Below the pieces are notes generated by a model, which was given only the letters and a program-made list of their open reading frames with translations, made no database searches and had not been told where the DNA came from. Made by a program: the position numbers and the translations under genes. A stretch of DNA of 64,000 bases from the NCBI RefSeq assembly GCF_009914755.1, contig NC_060927.1; one strand, given 5' to 3'. How positions within the stretch are numbered: position 1 is the first letter of the stretch; every line of letters starts with the position of its first letter. Of the stretch, positions 59,986 to 64,000 are shown piece after piece. This stretch comes from the human T2T-CHM13v2.0 reference genome, Homo sapiens.

Positions 59986-60065
59986 ACTTTAAAAAAAAAT
60001 CACTTTTTTTTGGACAAACTATATTTTGGTATTCTTCACATTTTTATTCAATTTCTGACTTTTAA

Positions 60066-60402
<337 letters not shown>

Positions 60403-60540
60403 AAAAACAACATTTTCAATGTCCATATTGTGTAACAAAACAACAGAAGAACTTTTATCCACCAAGGGTATTTAACCATGTTTTATTCTAACCTGACAAA
60501 TCTATGGTACAGCAAGTATAGATTTTAAAAGGTTTAAATT

Positions 60541-60846
60541 GTCCAGGTACAGTGGCTTATGCCTATAATCACAGCACTTCGGGAGGCCAAGGAAGGGAGA
60601 TCATTTGAGACCAGGAGTTTGAGACCAGCCTGGGCAATACAGAGAGATCCTGTCTCCACAAAAAGTAAAAACAAAACAAAACAAATAGCCTGGTGTAGAG
60701 GCACACACTTTAGTCCCAGCTACTCAGAAGTCTGAGTTAGGAGGATCGCTTGAGCCCAGGAAGTTGAGTCTACAGTGAGGGTGACTGTGCCACTGCACAC
60801 CATCCTTGGTGACACAGTAAGATCCTGTCTCAAAAATAAAAAAAAA
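60541..60846 (+). mobile_element. AluJ
   Basis: Diverged dimer, TSD-like gtttaaattg/gtttaaactg. Confidence 0.9.
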
Positions 60847-63800
60847 GTTTAAACTGGTAAGTACTGAGAGCTTCAGTTAAACTCTACGGTATTAATTAAA
60901 ATTAATTATACTAAGGTTTAAATTAAACTTGTGAACCAAAACCTTTAAATACAAATGATTCTCAAGTTAGTCTATGAATATGAGAAAGATTTCTAGCATT
61001 TAAATAATAAGCAAATTAGGAGGATTAAAAAGAGTGATCTGATGATAAGGCTTCAGAGATAACCAGATGCACCTTCTCATTTTATTAGTTTTTAAAGACA
61101 GTACTGTTGATACAAGGAGACACTGCCAAGAATTTCCCATAAATAACCAAATACTGAATTGATATTCTGGACGTCTCAAGAGGCTTTATATCTAAGTATC
61201 AACTAGTGTTGAAATACTCATCTTAGCACTTTTCAGCATGTATGAATATCAGCTACTTTTCAAGAAAATAAAAGGAGTAGTTCATGAGACTGGTAATAAA
61301 ATACGTCACCCTTAACCCCAAGATTACCAGATTGAATCTGTTCCAGGATAGTGTATCCAGTAATACTGAACACAGTTATATTGACAGCAGCTGTTTTGTA
61401 GCATCCAATCTAGAGAGTCAAACTTTTCCATTTAGTCTTTATGACATAGCTGACTATGTATTCCAACATACCTAATGCCTTTTTTGGCCACCTAAGAAAA
61501 GAGTAAATATTATTGAACAGTAAATAGCTTTCCATAGAAAATAAGAAAATACATATGAAATACCTGCTTATAGGATCGTTCTGTACATAATGTGCAGGAA
61601 AAAAAGACTAGACGGATACACACCCAAAGTTCAATAGTAGTTATCTCTGGATAGCAGGATTGCAAATGCATGTATGTATTTTAAAAGTGTTCTATAATTA
61701 GCACATATTACTTCTGCAATCAGAATGTAAAATATAATTTTAGAATTTTTTTATAAAAATGATTTTTGTAAGCTTATAAATCATCTTAGTTGACCTGTGA
61801 TGGATAATAAAAAAGGAAATTGTGTAAAGTACTCCCACTCTAAGATCTTTCTAGAAAGTTGCTAAGGATTAATACACACTTCTGTGAGATTAAACAGAAA
61901 AAGAAGAAGCTAACTAAACAGATATGTGAGCCTATAATCTGTTTAACTAAGCATAGTTTTAAGATAGACTATAACCTGAGGTTATTTATTGCTAGAAGGA
62001 ATATTACATTCTCTGACACAGCCATGTTCTCTAACACTCATACTGAAATGGTCAGCAAACTGTCCTTTTCTGCTGAAATGCCCATTGAAACTCAAATCTT
62101 CTCTTTCTGCCCATTAGCACTGAAATCTCTCATATGGCTTATGAAACGTAAGTTTCTATTTTGATATTTCATATTAACTACTCTTTGGAAAGCAAAATCT
62201 AAAAACATAAAGAGAATTTTATGTGCTTTCAAAAGAAAATGACAAGTGTCTTTTCTCTTAATGTATATCCAAATACTTCTGCTTTTTTCCCATCAAATAC
62301 AGAATGCATGCTATATTTACTTCAAGAGATAATGTGCCTATACCTCACTTATGAAACAATTTAAACCTGATATTTGGATGCAACAAGTGGACTGATGGAC
62401 TCACTACTTACTGACATCATTGAGATGTCATTATTTTCTGATTTTTATTTTTTGGTCATTAAAGATGATAAAATAACTACTAATAAAAATCCAAATATAT
62501 TGTTATGCAAGGCAATGACAGAAGAACATATTCTGAGTGATAGCAAAAAAGTCTTCAATAAACATAATCATGTCATGAAACTTAGCAATATGGCTTCTTT
62601 ACTTAAGTGGACAAATATAAATTGAAAAAGAAAATTTGAATATAAAAGTTAAAAAAATAAATTTGTTCCTGAAACAAAACTGAGTGGACTCAAGATTATT
62701 TGCATGTCCTGCATCACCAATGAGGATCTAAAGTGTCAATTTCCCACATGATCAATTTCAAGATGGAATTTAGTAGGAAATACTATATATACTTAAGTAT
62801 ATTGTTTACTTAATCAGAAATTAATTTAAATAAATTTAATTAATGAAGCATTTTATTTAAATTTAAGTATCTTAGGAAATGTATCTTCAAATTCAAAATA
62901 AAGTAAGAACTGATCTCATTTTTGAAATCAGAACTGTCCAAGTCCCCTTTAGATAAGAGGATTTGTTTAAATAATCTTTCAGTTCTCCAGTGTCTAACCA
63001 TAATGGAAGTAAAGAGAAAAAGGTAGTGAAAGCAATAGCAAAAACAATTGAGACTTATGAATTATAACCATGTGCTAGTAACTGTGTTATGTATTTTACA
63101 TGCATTATTTCATTTAATCATGAATCATTTTTGGAATGAAGAGCCAGTACATTTTACAGTATACGTGTACAAAAGAGTAAAATGGTGTTTAAAAATTGAA
63201 ACTAAACCACCCTTTAACAGTATTCTTTGAATACTGAAAATAAAAATAAGATATATAAAAATGTTTTAGAATCTGATCAAAGCATTTTTAAATGGTACTT
63301 TTTTTAAAAGACAAAAGTAAAGGAAACAAGGAATATTTTAAAAGATCCAATATAAAGTTAGTTCAATTTCAAACATAAAAAGTCTGTCCAGTAAAGATAT
63401 ATACATATATGCATGTATTTTCACATACATATATTTATATATGGCTTTTCTGCCCTCACCAAAGACCATCTACTTCTGTGAAGGAGTTAGTTCTAAGCTA
63501 CGGTGCTGATATCTCAGAACTCAGGGATTCTCATCTATTCCAAGCTCAAAATGGGGGGACCCAATTTCCAGTCTTCATTCTATCACTGATCTGCTCTTTT
63601 ATATTGAACAAATCTTTCCTTCTCTGAATATTTCTGATGATACACACATAGACACACACACACACCAATCAATCAAACAATATTTTATAATAACATATTC
63701 TATTTCCACTCCACTTCATCTCATCTGAACCATTTTACCCCTAGGAGTAATCCTTCCATCTTCCACGGACTAGATTTTGGAAATACATTCTATTGTACCT

Positions 63801-64000
63801 AGGTAAACACGTGGCTACTCAGCATACATGGTCAGTTCATGTTCTCATTTTACCCACATGAGGAAAACTGTATAATTTGAATTCTAAGTCACTTTAAGAA
63901 GCATAAGTTACTAATAATAACAATGAAAGAACATAATATATTGAAAGCAGCGAGAAAATATTCCTTCAAAATGCATACATTTTAGTTCAAAGCAATTACT

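Overview
Human/primate-type genomic DNA: AT-rich, about 22 Alu copies, plus L1, L2, MIR, MaLR LTRs, hAT DNA transposons and a HERV-H LTR7 piece. I see no CpG island, RNA gene or recognisable constitutive coding exon. The + strand looks A-rich by eye and the best splice signals lie on the - strand, so this is most likely the interior of very long intron(s) of a minus-strand gene that I cannot name. Main observations: (1) a strong 24-nt in-frame microexon candidate (LLVPNMCQ, 4651-4674, -) and several weaker ones; (2) a cluster of purine-rich, splice-site-bounded but stop/frameshift-broken segments in the first 9 kb that look like fossil coding exons; (3) an LTR7 copy that stops at its polyadenylation site and carries a poly(A) tail, i.e. 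an apparent L1-made retrocopy of a HERV-H transcript; (4) several short local duplications of unique sequence, one inverted, and a templated-insertion scar inside an Alu; (5) several enhancer-like, developmental-TF-motif-rich blocks. All calls are by eye. Repeat subfamilies, identity figures and boundaries are approximate.
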